Shown here: positions 17,812 to 28,100 of the stretch, piece after piece
Layout of the letters: every line of letters begins with the position of its first letter
How positions within the stretch are numbered: the stretch's first letter is position 1
Assembly (NCBI GenBank): GCA_047947115.1
Contig: CP170459.1
Span: forward strand, 96,001-160,000
DNA: 64,000 nt
From: Verrucomicrobiota bacterium
GTDB taxonomy: Bacteria; Verrucomicrobiota; Verrucomicrobiia; Limisphaerales; AAA164-E04
Reading direction: 5' to 3'
Position numbers and translations under genes: made by a program
The notes under the pieces: generated by a model
Database searches by the model: none
Told to the model about the DNA's origin: nothing
Seen by the model: the letters and a program-made list of their open reading frames with translations, nothing else

Positions 17812-18996
17812 TTAAGGTATGATAGGGCTACCGACGTCGTGGCTAAACAAACTCTGATAACTATTGTTGTTTGTAACAGGCACATCTTTGGTGTCTACAC
17901 GATACCCGCTTTGCTTCAAAAATTGAGAAACTCCGATGAGCACTTCGTACTCTCCTTTGGTCAACGTGGTTTCACGCTTTAAGTTTGCAATAAATTCGGT
18001 TTTGTCTTTCCACCGTTTCAAACCTGCTTCACTCAGCTCCAGGGCAACAGACAATTTCTGATTGTTGAAAATATTAACCGTCCTTTCCCAATCCTTAAAC
18101 CCTTCCCGAAAAACTCTCATTTTGTGTATGCCCGGAGTAGCTTGAAACGCCCCAGGAGTCGTGCCAACGACAGCCCCATCCAATTCGACGGTCACCCCAA
18201 CGGCTTCAACAGGGAAGGTTTTTTGACCCACCGAAGCATTCCCATTTTCATCAACCACAACATCGGGAAGCGAAATTCCACTTAAAACGGCCGTCACTCT
18301 GAATTCGGCAAGATCCGTTGAAGCCGCTAAATCCAAACGTCCGGATTGTGTTTTGAGTTTTGCTTTGAGGCTTGCTCCAATGAGTCGAGCGCCATCAGAA
18401 ATTAAGCGATTATACAAGTCCCCGTCCGCAACGGATTCAAACTCTGTTTGACGCACCTCGTTTTTCACCTCTACTGAGTCACTAATAACTGCCCCACCGT
18501 AAACTCCTTCAGCAACCCTATAGGACATGCGTAATGTGCCAATTTTCTTTGTAATGGTGTTTCCGTAAGCTTTGGTGGCTTTAGTCGTTTCACCGTAGGT
18601 CGTGAGAGATGCGGAAATGAGATAGTCCGCCCCTAAATTCTTAGCCAATCTCAAAGCAGAGGTGTTATTTGAGAAGATGCGATCCAACTGCACACCGGGC
18701 AAGTGCTCCCTGGCCTCAGCGATGGGCTGAGTAGGAAATTCATTTAGTGCCTGGATCGCCATTTCTCGACTAATCACATCGAAACCTAGCTCTACCACCT
18801 GGGCGGAAACCAAATCCTCCAATGCTCTCATGTGCCCATTCCAGGCATCGCCTGCACGGTTGTAGGTAAAAATGGCAGTCTTTTTCACTCGGTTACCCGC
18901 TTCCCCTTGAGCTTTTGCGCTGGGGATTATCACTGTGTTTTGATAAAACACGAAAGCAAGCAATGCCACTAGAATCTGGTTAGTTCGAAAGTTCAT
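17812..18996 (-). CDS. PEGA-domain secreted protein with CsgG/TolB-N-like region
   Basis: Signal peptide; A..LGADYLI; PEGA motif V.LDG.VVGTTP......PG.H...V.REGF..W...V. Confidence 0.7.
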   Translation of the reverse strand: MNFRTNQILVALLAFVFYQNTVIIPSAKAQGEAGNRVKKTAIFTYNRAGDAWNGHMRALEDLVSAQVVELGFDVISREMAIQALNEFPTQPIAEAREHLPGVQLDRIFSNNTSALRLAKNLGADYLISASLTTYGETTKATKAYGNTITKKIGTLRMSYRVAEGVYGGAVISDSVEVKNEVRQTEFESVADGDLYNRLISDGARLIGASLKAKLKTQSGRLDLAASTDLAEFRVTAVLSGISLPDVVVDENGNASVGQKTFPVEAVGVTVELDGAVVGTTPGAFQATPGIHKMRVFREGFKDWERTVNIFNNQKLSVALELSEAGLKRWKDKTEFIANLKRETTLTKGEYEVLIGVSQFLKQSGYRVDTKDVPVTNNNSYQSLFSHDVGSPIIP

Positions 18997-19561
18997 GGTA
19001 TTATTAAGTGCTTTGATTTAATGACTCAGTTACACAAGGGACTCAAAATTGTCAATTACTAGTGTAGTCCGCCTTACAGATTGCATATTAAAATAGATGT
19101 GTTAAATTCGTTACATGCGAGTTGCTCCGCCCATTGAATTGACAGCTAAAGAACGTAAAAAATTGGAAACCATTCGCCGTGGGCGAAGCAGTTCGGTGCG
19201 GGCGCGCGAACGAGCCGCGATCATTCTCTTGGCCGCCGATGGATTAGAGAACAAAGAGATCGCCGATCAGCTCGGGCAGGATAAAATGAAAGTGGGACGT
19301 TGGAGAAATCGATACGCCCAAGGTGGTCTTGATGCTATTCTCAAAGACAAATCACGGCCCGGCCGGATTCGACCACTTTCAAAAACCAAAGTTGCTCTAA
19401 TCATTAAGTTAACACTCAATGAAAAGCCGGAAGGAGCAACCCAATGGAGCCGGAGCTTGATGGCCCAAAAGGTAGGAGTGAGCCCCTCCAGTGTAGGTCG
19501 AATCTGGGCAGCCAACGGGCTCAAACCGCACCGGGTCAAATCATTCAAACTTTCAAATGAC

Positions 19562-21093
19562 GCCTCTTCTTCAGAATCTGTGGGTAAATTTAGGTTCGGG
19601 TAGTTCACCCATTGTGTGAAAAAGGGCTATTTTAAGCACTTCAAAGCTACGATAGCCGTAGGCTTTTCTGGTAGTCAGATTTATTTTGCGGTTCAAACCC
19701 TCAACAACTCCCGACGAAATAGTCTTTTTGGCCCTGAACCAATTCAGGATCAGCGGCTGATGTTTTCGTAGGCTGCTGGCAAATTTCTTGATGGGTTCCA
19801 GACGTGAGCGCATAGCTCTGGTGCACCACTTGTTCAAATACCACTCAGCCCAATATGGGCTAGTGTAATTCCAAAAGAACTCAAATGCTTCTTTGAGCAA
19901 AAATGCCCGAACACTTTTCAGATCATACTGGAGGACTTCCTCCAGCTTAATCTTTTGATTGGGCGTGAGGTTCTCACGACGTTTGAGAAAGCAGTATTTG
20001 GTGTGTTTAAGCACTTCCTGGTATCCGTCCTGACGCATCTTACGCGCTTCGACCGCCCTGACTTCATTGATTGCTTTGTTCAGATTGGCTACGATATGGA
20101 AGCGATCCAACACGTGGAGGGCGTGTTCGAGTTTTTCCTTAATCACATTGAGATAAGGTTTCCACATGTCCGAACAAACAAATTGAATGGACTCAAGTTG
20201 CTTTTGAGTGAGGATCTTAAAAAAATCCCGAAGGGATTGCTCGGTTCTCTCCTTGGTGACGCTTAACAATCGGCGCGTGCCTTGATCTATCTGGTAAACC
20301 ACCGTCAGATACTTTTGCCCCTTTCCAAAATGCACCTCATCAACTCCGATGGCATTAATATCGTCCAAACTCCTGTGCTTCAAGCCGTATTCAACAATGG
20401 AAGCAACGGACCGATACACCGATTGCCAACTGACTTCAAAGGTCTGGGCAACTTCTTTCCATGAAAGTTTCCGAGCCCACTGTGCAAGGAAGTGTTCCAT
20501 GACACAGGTTATCCGGCTTTTTCCTTTGGCCCAAGGAACCGATTCGATGACAACACCGTCATTGGGGCAGTTAACTCTTCGCATCCGGTATTCAAGAAAC
20601 ACCGGCCACCCCCATAAGGGGATGAATCGAAACTTTCGTTTTCCAGGACGATGGTCATAGGTGGAAGCACTACGATTGCACTTTGAACATACTGGGCGGC
20701 TGTTTTGCCGTGGTTCAACGCTTACGACAATAGCTTCGACTCCTTCAACTTCCTGGAAGCATGCTTGGCGATAGACAAAGGATTTGAATTTATGGCAACG
20801 ATTGAGCAAGGTTTTCAACAGCATCGGCACTCTTTGACGAGGTTTGTTTTGGCGACGCCATGTTGAGGAGATTGCCGATGCTTTTCGAATAAAAATCCTC
20901 TGGGTTTTTCTTGGAGAAAAACCACACCACCCGTAGGCCCTCTCGCGTCGTGGAAGTCCAGGAAAACATCATATAAGTGCCGAAGGCCGACTCCGCGTCA
21001 GCGGGGGAGTTATGCTGATGTTTTACTGGACTGGAACAGAGCGATAGGGCATCCCGACGTGCTCAATTTACCCACTCTTTTTTGAGAAGACCC
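19562..21093 (-). mobile_element. ISL3-family element
   Basis: 8-bp target duplication CAAATGAC (19554-19561, 21094-21101); imperfect IRs G..TCTTCT....GTGGGTAAATT. Confidence 0.9.
19571..20830 (-). CDS. ISL3 transposase
   Basis: CSKC zinc motif, IGVDE, SDMWKPY, LDRFHI, SSGVVEGLNRKI, AYGYR. Confidence 0.92.
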   Translation of the reverse strand: MPMLLKTLLNRCHKFKSFVYRQACFQEVEGVEAIVVSVEPRQNSRPVCSKCNRSASTYDHRPGKRKFRFIPLWGWPVFLEYRMRRVNCPNDGVVIESVPWAKGKSRITCVMEHFLAQWARKLSWKEVAQTFEVSWQSVYRSVASIVEYGLKHRSLDDINAIGVDEVHFGKGQKYLTVVYQIDQGTRRLLSVTKERTEQSLRDFFKILTQKQLESIQFVCSDMWKPYLNVIKEKLEHALHVLDRFHIVANLNKAINEVRAVEARKMRQDGYQEVLKHTKYCFLKRRENLTPNQKIKLEEVLQYDLKSVRAFLLKEAFEFFWNYTSPYWAEWYLNKWCTRAMRSRLEPIKKFASSLRKHQPLILNWFRAKKTISSGVVEGLNRKINLTTRKAYGYRSFEVLKIALFHTMGELPEPKFTHRF

Positions 21094-22237
21094 CAAATGA
21101 CAAACAATTTCAAGAGAAGCTCGAAGACATTGTTGGCCTCTATCTCAGCCCTCCTGAGCATGCGTTGGTTTTTTCGTGCGACGAGAAGAGTCAAATCCAA
21201 GCCCTGGATAGGACCCAACCAGGTTTACCGATGAAGAAGGGACGACTGCGGACAATGACGCATGATTACAAGCGCAACGGAACGACATCACTTCTCGCGG
21301 CTATGAACACTGCCGACGGAAATATTATCGGGACTTGCATGAACAAGCATCGGCATCAGGAATGGATTCGATTTCTAAACCTGATTGAAAAATCAACACC
21401 CAAAGGAAAAGAGGTCCACTTGATCTGTGACAATTACGCAACCCATAAACATGCTAAAGTCAAAGCGTGGCAGAAGCGACATCGCCGATTCCATTTCCAC
21501 TTTACGCCCACCAGTGCCTCTTGGTTGAACATGGTGGAACGCTTTTTTCGAGATCTGACGGCCAACACAATCAGAGGTGGAGTGTTCCATAGTGTTGGAG
21601 ATTTAACCCGAGCTATAGAAGAGCATATTACTCATCACAACAAGGATCCCAAACCATTTGTCTGGACGGCTACCGCGACGGACATTCTTGAGAAAGTTAA
21701 ACGTGGCCGAGAGAAACTTGTTAATATGCAGTCTGCTTGACGGACTACACTAGGGTTTTTGCAGGAAGACGATTTGGGTATGAGTAAAATTTGTGTCATT
21801 TGCAATGAAGATTGTTCCAATGAGCCTCGCTTCAAAAATGAGGACGGGCGTTACGTGCATCAAAAGTGTTTCTCAACGGAGGGACACGCTACGCAAGAAA
21901 CTGCACCAACGAATACGCAAGAAAGCTCTGGTTGGCTAACCAAGTGGCTCTTTAGACCCAATCAGCCCCGGACTTTCCTAAACCGCATTATCGGTTTCAT
22001 ACTCATTATTATTAGCATTTGGTTGGTTATAGGTGTTGGTCCAAGCATATCTGTTTTTTTTCAAAGACTCGCTTGACACCCATAAAGAGGCATATCAAAA
22101 ATACAGAGATACCTGGCGGTGGTCATTTAACACCAGTAACGACAGAAGAAGAAGTAGTCCTGTTGAAAGGTCTTTTTTTGATACGGTTTTTTACATTACT
22201 GCTCAGCTATTACCGGGTGCTATTGGTTTATGCATTG

Positions 22238-23708
22238 GAACGGTGTCAAAAGGGCGAAACTCAATTTGACGCCTGAAAGCGGTTTCCTGCGACGGGAATC
22301 ACTTGACTGACTCGGTTCTTTTCAATGGTTTCAAAAAGATTAAAATGCTCTAAAACAGAGAATTTACCCGGTTTTTGTGCGATTAAAGTTGACTCTGACG
22401 CGCTGACCCCAAAAAATTTTCATGCCAAGAGCACTATTAACTGATAATAAAATATTTGCAGCATTCTTCAAGCCTTTATTTGACGCCTTGAATCGAGCTG
22501 TTCACACTCGCCAATGTAATGAATTACCCGACCAGCATTGGCTTGAATTAGGAGTCACCCGAATTCTTATGGAATCCCCCAGCGGCCGAGGGTTTCTCCA
22601 ACAATACGGCCCCCACTTTCAGAGTGATGTTTCTGTGGGGCTTTATTTCGAATCTCTCAAAAGTAATCGACGCCTCCTTCTTGCCGATGAATTAAATGAT
22701 AGTATTTGCGCTAAAGCTGTCAAAGAACTTAATGACCCTCTTCAGGATTTTGAGGAACTAAAAAAATATGACATATATGCCGCTGATGGCCATTGGCATG
22801 GTGCTTCGGCTCATGAAGTACGCAAGAATGAAAAGAAATGGGCTCCCGGTTACTTCTACGCCCTGAATCTGAGATCCCATGCAATCAAGTTGCTGGATAC
22901 AGCCGATGAGGTTCATCGTAAGCATGAGCATGACATGCGAGCCCTCAAAAGGATGGGTATCGAAACACTCAGGCAGGGTGCCAAGACGGGACGCAAAGTT
23001 CTCTATGTGTATGACTCTGCGTCCATCGATTTCGATGAGTGGGATTGGTGGAAATCACGAGGTGGAATTTATTTTGTTTCCCGCATGAAAGACGGAACTG
23101 CCTATGACTGTCTGGATGAACTGGAAATCGATCATGAAAATGGTCTCAATCACGGAATCACGTCCGATAAAAAAATCATAGTCAATAACCAGAGCATTCT
23201 TCGACGTATCGTATGTGTCGATCCGCAAACTGGGAAGGAACACGTTTTGATCACCAATCAATTGACTATTTCGCCAGGTTTGTTAGCACAGCTCTATCGG
23301 ATGCGTTGGGATATTGAGAAGGTATTCGATGAGTTTAAAAATACACTTCAGGAGAAAAAGGCATGGGCCGGATCAGTCCGGGCCAAGAAGATTCAAGCCA
23401 ACTTTCTTTGCCTGGCACATAACCTCTGTCTCTTGATGGAGCATGATTTGGAAAAGGATTACGGAGTGAGCAACGAAGCAGAAATTCGTCGACGTCAAAT
23501 TCGTTTTGAAGCAATGAAAAACGCTGCCAAAGAAGCCGGGAGAAAATGGTCAACGGTGTACGAATGCGTCCAGCGCTACTCCAAGCGAAGCGTAAAGTTT
23601 ATCCGGTGCTTGAGATCATTTTTCTTTTTAGAAAAGCCCCTCATTGACATGGCGGCTCATCTCATCCGTTTATATGCGAAGTTATGATTGGCTTTTTTGA
23701 CACCGTTC
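22238..23708 (+). mobile_element. IS4-family element
   Basis: IRs GAACGGTGTCAAAA; 8-bp TSD ATGCATTG (22230-22237, 23709-23716). Confidence 0.9.
22422..23687 (+). CDS. IS4-family DDE transposase
   Basis: YAADGH, VYDSA and YRMRWDIEKVFDEFK (YREK-type) motifs. Confidence 0.9.
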   Translation: MPRALLTDNKIFAAFFKPLFDALNRAVHTRQCNELPDQHWLELGVTRILMESPSGRGFLQQYGPHFQSDVSVGLYFESLKSNRRLLLADELNDSICAKAVKELNDPLQDFEELKKYDIYAADGHWHGASAHEVRKNEKKWAPGYFYALNLRSHAIKLLDTADEVHRKHEHDMRALKRMGIETLRQGAKTGRKVLYVYDSASIDFDEWDWWKSRGGIYFVSRMKDGTAYDCLDELEIDHENGLNHGITSDKKIIVNNQSILRRIVCVDPQTGKEHVLITNQLTISPGLLAQLYRMRWDIEKVFDEFKNTLQEKKAWAGSVRAKKIQANFLCLAHNLCLLMEHDLEKDYGVSNEAEIRRRQIRFEAMKNAAKEAGRKWSTVYECVQRYSKRSVKFIRCLRSFFFLEKPLIDMAAHLIRLYAKL

Positions 23709-24508
23709 ATGCATTGTGAGTAGGCGATTTGGTAATTTAGCCTACTCTGTCACTCGATTGCATAAAAAACCGCCATCTAAAGTGATGTCAAAAAATGCTC
23801 TTTGCTCGGCTTGTGGTAACCCCTGCAGCGAGAGCAATGAATGCATATTCAGTGAAGGAAAGCCAATTCACAAAACATGTCTTTATTCTCCACATGAACT
23901 GTAATGCAGTTGCTTATTCACTATCACGGGCTGACTTAATCCTGCGCTTTCTCTGCCGAGCTAAACACAGGTGCCAATGCATTTAACTCTACCACCTACT
24001 ATTTACTGCAACTCGCTACCTGCACAGCCAAGCAGGAACGAACCTGCCAGTTACTTCAAAGCTAAGTAGCGATACATATGCTGATGTGCAAAATTCCTGC
24101 CAGCACACCTTCAAAAGCGGGTGCGTTTATATACCAACTGAATTCTTCCTCTCGACATGTGAAGTCTTGTGTTGTGGGACTCTGCTGACTCCAGGGAATG
24201 TCTTCATTTGCTGTATTACCAATCAGGAATAGGGGTTTCAATAAACCCGGGGGAGACTTTTCCACTCAATGAGCACCTCCTTAGACATGCATTGATATCG
24301 AAGTCAACATGCCTCCCCGCTTAGCTTATCAATTTCAGACTGTGTGTAGAACTATTTATGATGACGAGGAAAAGGTGATCAAAGGATACTGATTTTGGTC
24401 GCCTTTTGTGTCATGAAACTGGACGACAGGTAACTGAACAGAAAGAATAAGCATACGTTTCGGAGTATCATTTCACGAGGCCAATGGGTAATCCCTCAGA
24501 CCGCAGTC

Positions 24509-25129
24509 TCAGTCTCCTTCATTGAGCTCTCCTTGTTTCCAGAATTGTTGATCCATCATTGCTCCGTTTTTGAAATGTGCACGTGAACGCACCGTTCCAT
24601 CATCGAACCAGGCAGATGCATCACCGTGAGGTATGCCATGATTGTATTCAATGGATTCAGCTAATTGTCCATTGGAGTGCCATTTCAAGACCACGCCATG
24701 AAATTGACCTTCAACAATGGGTTCCTCTGCTGATTTACTTCCATCCTCGTTAAATCGCAGACGTTTGCCATGGGACACTCCCTTTTGAAAATGTTCCATT
24801 ACCTGCAGTTTTCCGTTACTGAAATACCCTGAAGACTCACCATGTAACTTTCCATCCTTCATGCGAGATCTGGATTTAATCTGAACTCCATCAGGGTAAG
24901 TTTCCCTTACCCAACCGGAGTAAGGGATTTGATGTTGTGGATCCAAAATTAGATCTCCGCTTTTCAGCAATTGACTGAGCGAATACTCAGCTTCACTGAC
25001 GACTTCATTTCGATGGCATCCAATGCAGCAGGATATGCAGAAAAGCGGCAAGGTCCACTTGAACAAATGAATCAAACTTTGTCTTACCAATGAATCCTTT
25101 AATTGGAGAAGTGAGGCAAGCATGATCAT
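24509..25129 (-). CDS. MORN-variant repeat (YwqK-like) lipoprotein
   Basis: Possible lipobox CIGC; repeated G.LHG....YFSNG.L, G..HG...WHSNGQL units. Confidence 0.75.
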   Translation of the reverse strand: MIMLASLLQLKDSLVRQSLIHLFKWTLPLFCISCCIGCHRNEVVSEAEYSLSQLLKSGDLILDPQHQIPYSGWVRETYPDGVQIKSRSRMKDGKLHGESSGYFSNGKLQVMEHFQKGVSHGKRLRFNEDGSKSAEEPIVEGQFHGVVLKWHSNGQLAESIEYNHGIPHGDASAWFDDGTVRSRAHFKNGAMMDQQFWKQGELNEGD

Positions 25130-25150
25130 GGATAGGGTAAATGAGAAAAG

Positions 25151-28100
25151 TCAGGGTATTTGTTCTGATCGCAGAAGGAAAAAGCCCGTTCCATTCAATG
25201 GCGCGCGATAAGGACTTCTGGCTCCCTCTATGAGTTCAAAGGTGCTCTTTAGGTTGATGGCATTCCATAGTTGATAATCCCCTTCCCAACTCATCTCTAT
25301 GACGGTGCTGTCCACAAGTTGGAACTTTAGAACAGGAAATTCAACAGGTTCAGGATTAACCCCAAAATCAATCGTGATTTCCTGTCCGTATCCCAGCCCA
25401 TCTCCGTCCAGGACGAAGATTCTGATTGGGTGTTTTCCGAACAGGCCATCAGGTCGGGACACTTTCAAAACATTGTCTTTTCCAAAAAAATCTATCTTGA
25501 AAATATCCGTAAGTAAAAAATCTGGGATTTGGCCAGTGAAATAGACAAAAAGGTTTTCCGAGGGCGTCTCAAGATCCTCCACTTGAAAAACAACATTCAC
25601 CGTGTCATCAGAGACCTCGACCAGAGGTGGAAGGCCGGTGATAAGCGGTAGATCGTTTTGAGGTTTCACTTCGATGACAATCACATGAGCGGTAGTGCTG
25701 GTTCCATCATCAACCTCAATGGTCAATTGTGTTTGCCCATTCGCTTTAGGTTCAAGATTTGAAACGAAAAACCGATATCCCTCTTGATCATCATGTTCCC
25801 AGGTAATGGATTCGTCTCTGATGAGTTTTTGATTATCTGAAAGAATCCGGATGCCGAGTTGATCGATTGCTGTGCGATCATCGTTCAGCGTAAACATAAC
25901 AGGGGGGATCATGCTGTCTTCTTCGAGCTCAATCAACTCAGGCCCAAGAATGGATGGTGGCATGTCGACATCATCGTTGACTACAGTGATGGAAAACATG
26001 TTGGAAAACAACAAACCTTCCTTTTGGTCCGAGGATTGGGCCGACTGCACTTTGAGTTCCAAACGAATAAACTCATCTGCCTCCACTTCATCGTCTTCGA
26101 GTATACGCACAGGTATTGGTTTCTCAAATTCCCCATCAGCAAAGATTACCTGACTGGATGTAAGTTCAAAATCCACACCCGACTGACACCCCTCACTGGC
26201 CTCGAGTAATTCAATGGATAGCACAACCTCCCCTTTCACTCCGCCTTGTCGCTCAATCATCCAGACCCGGGTGGAAGCTTTTGACTCTTCTACCTTGTCC
26301 TCCACCATGGCAAACCCGAAAACACCTGTGGCATCATTATCAATCAATTCAACCTCCGTCGTCCCGGCCTGGGAGATACGGGCATGCGTTCTCTGAGGAT
26401 CGATAATTTCAAGAGAAAGTTCAAATACTTCGATTGTTTCCTCCAGATCATCATCGACAAGCAGACCGGAGATATCCAACTCCGCCGAGATCTGGTGGTT
26501 TTCAAAGTGTACGCGCACCGGATGCGCAAGCAGATCACTGGGTATCAAAGCGGTAAGTGATTTTGGATAGACCCATAAATCCACTTCTCCCAATGACCCT
26601 TCACTTCGGATGATTCTTACAGGTTCGATTGCGATACCGGATTCAGTCACCCGGTATTCTGGTTTACTGAAAGCAAAGGTTCCTGAACGAGTGTCAGCTT
26701 CGGAAAGGGACCCGATCCACTGTTCGGCTATCTGCGACTCATACAACTCGACGGCGTAGGTTTGCCCCATGGTTTCTGTCGTTATTTCTCCCTGGACCAA
26801 TTTGTGCAGGTCTGGAATCAAAGCGGATTGCACAAGGGTCTGACTCCTGGCCAGATCTCCCACAACATCCTGTAGATTCAGATCCTGTTCGACGATCTGT
26901 TTTTTTATTTTATTACCGAGGGAAATCGCTTCGACCACTGTCAGAAAGTGGGTTTGCTGATTGATCAGCCCCTTCCCTGTCGTCGCTTCACTGATCAGAC
27001 TGGCGACCTGGGAGGCATCCTCCAAATTAAAAGCTTCTCCCCTGTTTATTTTTTCTGCCAGCACTGAAGAGAGCCTATTGAAAGCACCCGCAGCAGTCTC
27101 ACCAAGCGTTGCCTGAATATAGGCGCCGGATTGTGAAAGTGTATCTTGTATTTTGATGGCTGGTTCGATGAGCTCCAGAGACCTTGGATTACCTTTGGCA
27201 AGTTCTCCGTACATATCAAACGTAAGGATGTCCAGATCCGGTGCAATGCCCAACGCTTCTTGTACTTTTTCAGAGGCGTTCCTTTCAGAAATCGCAGGAT
27301 CCTGATCCATCAGGCGACTGACCAGAGTCGTCAGTGGCGTCAACACTTCTGCAGAAGGTGGAGCTAGAAGCGTTCCTTGAAATGGCAGACCCGAGGCTAT
27401 GTCAACACCACCTTGGGAGACAAACTGGCCATCGCGCTCATTGACCATGCCGTCGCCATCTCTGTCAAAATCACCCACAGGAAGGTTCATCAGAAAGCGA
27501 CCGTTTTGATCTGTTTGACTGAGGGGCTCCTGTTCCTCCCTCAACCGGTTCCCATTGATATCAAAAAACACCATTGCCCCTGCAATGGGACCATCCTCAA
27601 CGCGCATATCATGAGAGACATCCTTGTCCTTGACGGTCATCGAGAGACTGGCAGAGAGACCTTGAGCCTCTGCGAATAGTTGAAATGAAGCATCTCCCTC
27701 GGAGATCGTATTATCTGGTACGGACACTTCAATGGTTGCCTGCATCGAATCGCCCGACAAGATCAGTGTCTTGGGGAAATCGATATCAAATGGAGCGTCA
27801 GTCGAAAAGTAAACCAATACTCTTTCAGGTGGAATGGGGGTATTGAGGGAAAATTGAAGGGGAATGGCTTGCCCGCCCTCGGTAGCCCATTCAACCGGAG
27901 AGTCGAGTCTTAATTCAGGAACATCATCATCCTCTACCATCAGCGTGAGCACGGCAGGCTCAAAGCCATGACTCAGGATGCGTATTTCAACAGGCAGACT
28001 TTCAAATGCAATGCCGTCCTCAATGGCCGAGACCGGTAGACTGATCTGCTCCTGACCAGCGGGAAGAATGAACGAAGAGGCAAACTGGATCCGATCCCGT

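Larger units (their letters stand above)
19060..21752 (+). mobile_element. IS630-family element interrupted by ISL3
   Basis: ~32-bp imperfect IRs TAGTGTAGTCCG...GCATATTAA at both ends with TA target; transposase halves 19115-19561 (HTH) and 21102-21740 ([23 protein letters not shown]) rejoin as [12 protein letters not shown]. Confidence 0.9.
21780..23904 (+). pseudogene. Two-TM membrane protein with CxxC..C..HxxC motifs at both ends, broken by a T8 frameshift and an IS4 insertion
   Basis: Removing one T from T8 (22054-22061) joins ORF 21780 to the 22033 frame; removing the IS and one TSD joins ..GLCI|VSRRFG.. in frame. Confidence 0.6.
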
